This document shows positions 62,293 to 64,000 of a stretch of 64,000 nt of DNA, one piece after another. The stretch comes from Azolla caroliniana. Its lineage: Eukaryota > Plantae > Polypodiophyta. The DNA is taken from the NCBI GenBank assembly GCA_043228905.1, contig JBHGNT010000004.1, positions 16,430,001 to 16,494,000 on the forward strand, written 5' to 3'. Under the pieces are notes generated by a model. The model worked only from the letters and a program-made list of their open reading frames with translations. It did not search any database and was not told where the DNA came from. Made by a program: the position numbers and the translations under genes. Position 1 is the stretch's first letter. Each line of letters opens with the position of its first letter.

Positions 62293-62727
62293 TGTTAGAG
62301 CTTAGATATAAAGTAAGCATATGATAAGGATATAAGAGACAGAGAAAGAAGTGTGCCGATCATCCCGACCACCCCCAAGCGAAGGGATTGAGATGGACTC
62401 GAGCCTCGATCGACGCCCCATACCACCATCGTAGCGTCGAGTCGTACATGGTCTGGCGCGCTCGCTACAAGAGTTGAGCCACCACACGAACGGAGTCTCG
62501 GCATACTAAAGAGGTGATGAAGTGAGGGTAGTTAGGCCTAATATTTATAGCTAGACCCAAGGCCCCCAGGCAAGTTCTCACTTGGCCTAATGGGTTGTCT
62601 CAATCCCGAGGATTAAAAGTAATCATTCCATTCTTTACACTCTGATTTAACCCTCACACTTTATCCACGTGTATAGAATACTATGGTAAATTCTCACCAC
62701 GGGATATTATATGGTCATGCTTGTAAC
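62293..62727 (-). mobile_element. Solo LTR of the chromovirus family
   Basis: Reverse-complement homologue of 3061-3520 with canonical TG...CA; near-TSD ATAGT/AGAGT. Confidence 0.9.
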
Positions 62728-62794
62728 AAGAGTCAATTTCCCTTATAAGTTATGCCCTACTGTATCGTCGCACATCATAGTATGAGTAAACTTA

Positions 62795-63260
62795 GTCACA
62801 TGGAAGCACTAGTTTGTACAACAAACAACAAGATGGGTTGTAACATATATTGCTAGCAGGCACAAACATACACACAATCCTTGCATAGTTGATTACGCTT
62901 ATCACGTATGCCCTAATGCATTGTCTGACATTATAGTGTGTGTAAGCTTATTCACATTGAAGCACTAGTTTGTACAACAAATAGTAGGATGGGCTCTATC
63001 ATGTATTGCTAAAATACGCGCGTGCACACACAAATTATTATTGTATTTGAAGGTTAAATATGACTTATGAGTCAAAAATATAATATTTTCATGTAGTATA
63101 TGTGAAAGTGAGTCTATTGCTAGCAGGCACAAACATACACTGAATCCTTACATCGTTGATTACACTTATCACGTATGCCTTAATGCATTGTCTCACATTA
63201 TAGTGTGCGTAAGCTTATTTATTCCCATTGAAGCACTAGTTTGTAAATTCTAGTTTGTAA
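62795..63260. repeat. Degenerate local duplication
   Basis: GAAGCACTAGTTTGTA three times; a block starting ATTGCTAGCAGGCACAAACATACAC at about 62850 and 63116. Confidence 0.75.
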
Positions 63261-63266
63261 ATACTA

Positions 63267-64000
63267 GGTAAATTCTCACCACGAGATATTATATGGTCAT
63301 GCCCGTAACATACTCCCTCTCTTTAAAACATTGCACTCTTACAATGGAAAGTTAGGGAAGTTAGTTCTAAGAGTATTTTCGCGTTCCCATGTGGCATCTT
63401 TTATAGACTTATCCATCCATTTAATTTTAAATTCTCGGATTATTTTAGAACGCAATTTTTCTGTTTTAACATCGAGAATTCTTTCTGGTACATGTGGTTT
63501 AAAAGATAATTCTTCAGAAGTAACCAAAACTATTTCAGTTGTAACTGTATTGTTGTTAGAACCTAGAAGTTCTTTTAGATGATTTACATGATTAACTAGA
63601 TGGATTTCAAGACCATGAGGAAGAGCGAGACGATAGGTTGATGAACCAATGCGTTTGAGGACTGTAAAAGGTCCACAAAACCGTGAGGCTAACTTAACGC
63701 ACTTACCCGTCGACAATGTCTTAGAATTGTGAGGTACACATAAAAATACCTTCTGTTCAGGGTTGAATACACGTGGTTGCCTATTATGATTGGCATAAAA
63801 GCGTGCTCTATCTTGAGCTGTTTTTATATTATCTCGTGCAATATGCAACATATTTTGCATATCCGGAAGAAAGTTTTGCGTACTTCGCAAATCATATTGG
63901 TGTATATTAACATCAATCGGGGCTCGTGGCTGTAAACCATACATCAACATAAAAGGAGTATATCCCGTCGACGTATGCTTGGAGCTGTTATAAGCAAACT
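63267..64000 (-). mobile_element. Second chromovirus copy: integrase C-terminus, chromodomain, PPT and truncated 3' LTR (63267-63310)
   Basis: ORF 63339-63950 matches 8004-8291 plus 8882-9200 without the solo LTR. Confidence 0.93.

Overview
A repeat-dense plant nuclear region; the family composition suggests a fern or other non-flowering land plant (inference). Most of it is nested, decayed retrotransposons: several Ty1/Copia families, a chromodomain Ty3/Gypsy (chromovirus), a non-chromovirus Gypsy with a long extra ORF, tRNA-Trp-primed Gypsy remnants, solo LTRs and an L1-type LINE split by a full-length Copia. One intact host gene is present, a 5-exon membrane-anchored RING-H2 E3 ligase (43973-47471, +). 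The most unusual signal is in two otherwise dissimilar LTR elements (21808-31937 and 34782-38141), plus a third diverged remnant. They have no polypurine tract before the 3' LTR. In its place is a conserved hairpin that resembles the 3' half of tRNA-Arg, ends in CCA in two copies and shows a compensatory base-pair change. This may be an undescribed plus-strand priming system. Also notable: a multi-copy Copia family sharing an RT/RNaseH deletion, a hairpin array and probable intron in a chromovirus leader, and a structured tandem array inside a 2-kb LTR. Coordinates and alignments were read by eye, and tRNA matches are recalled rather than searched.
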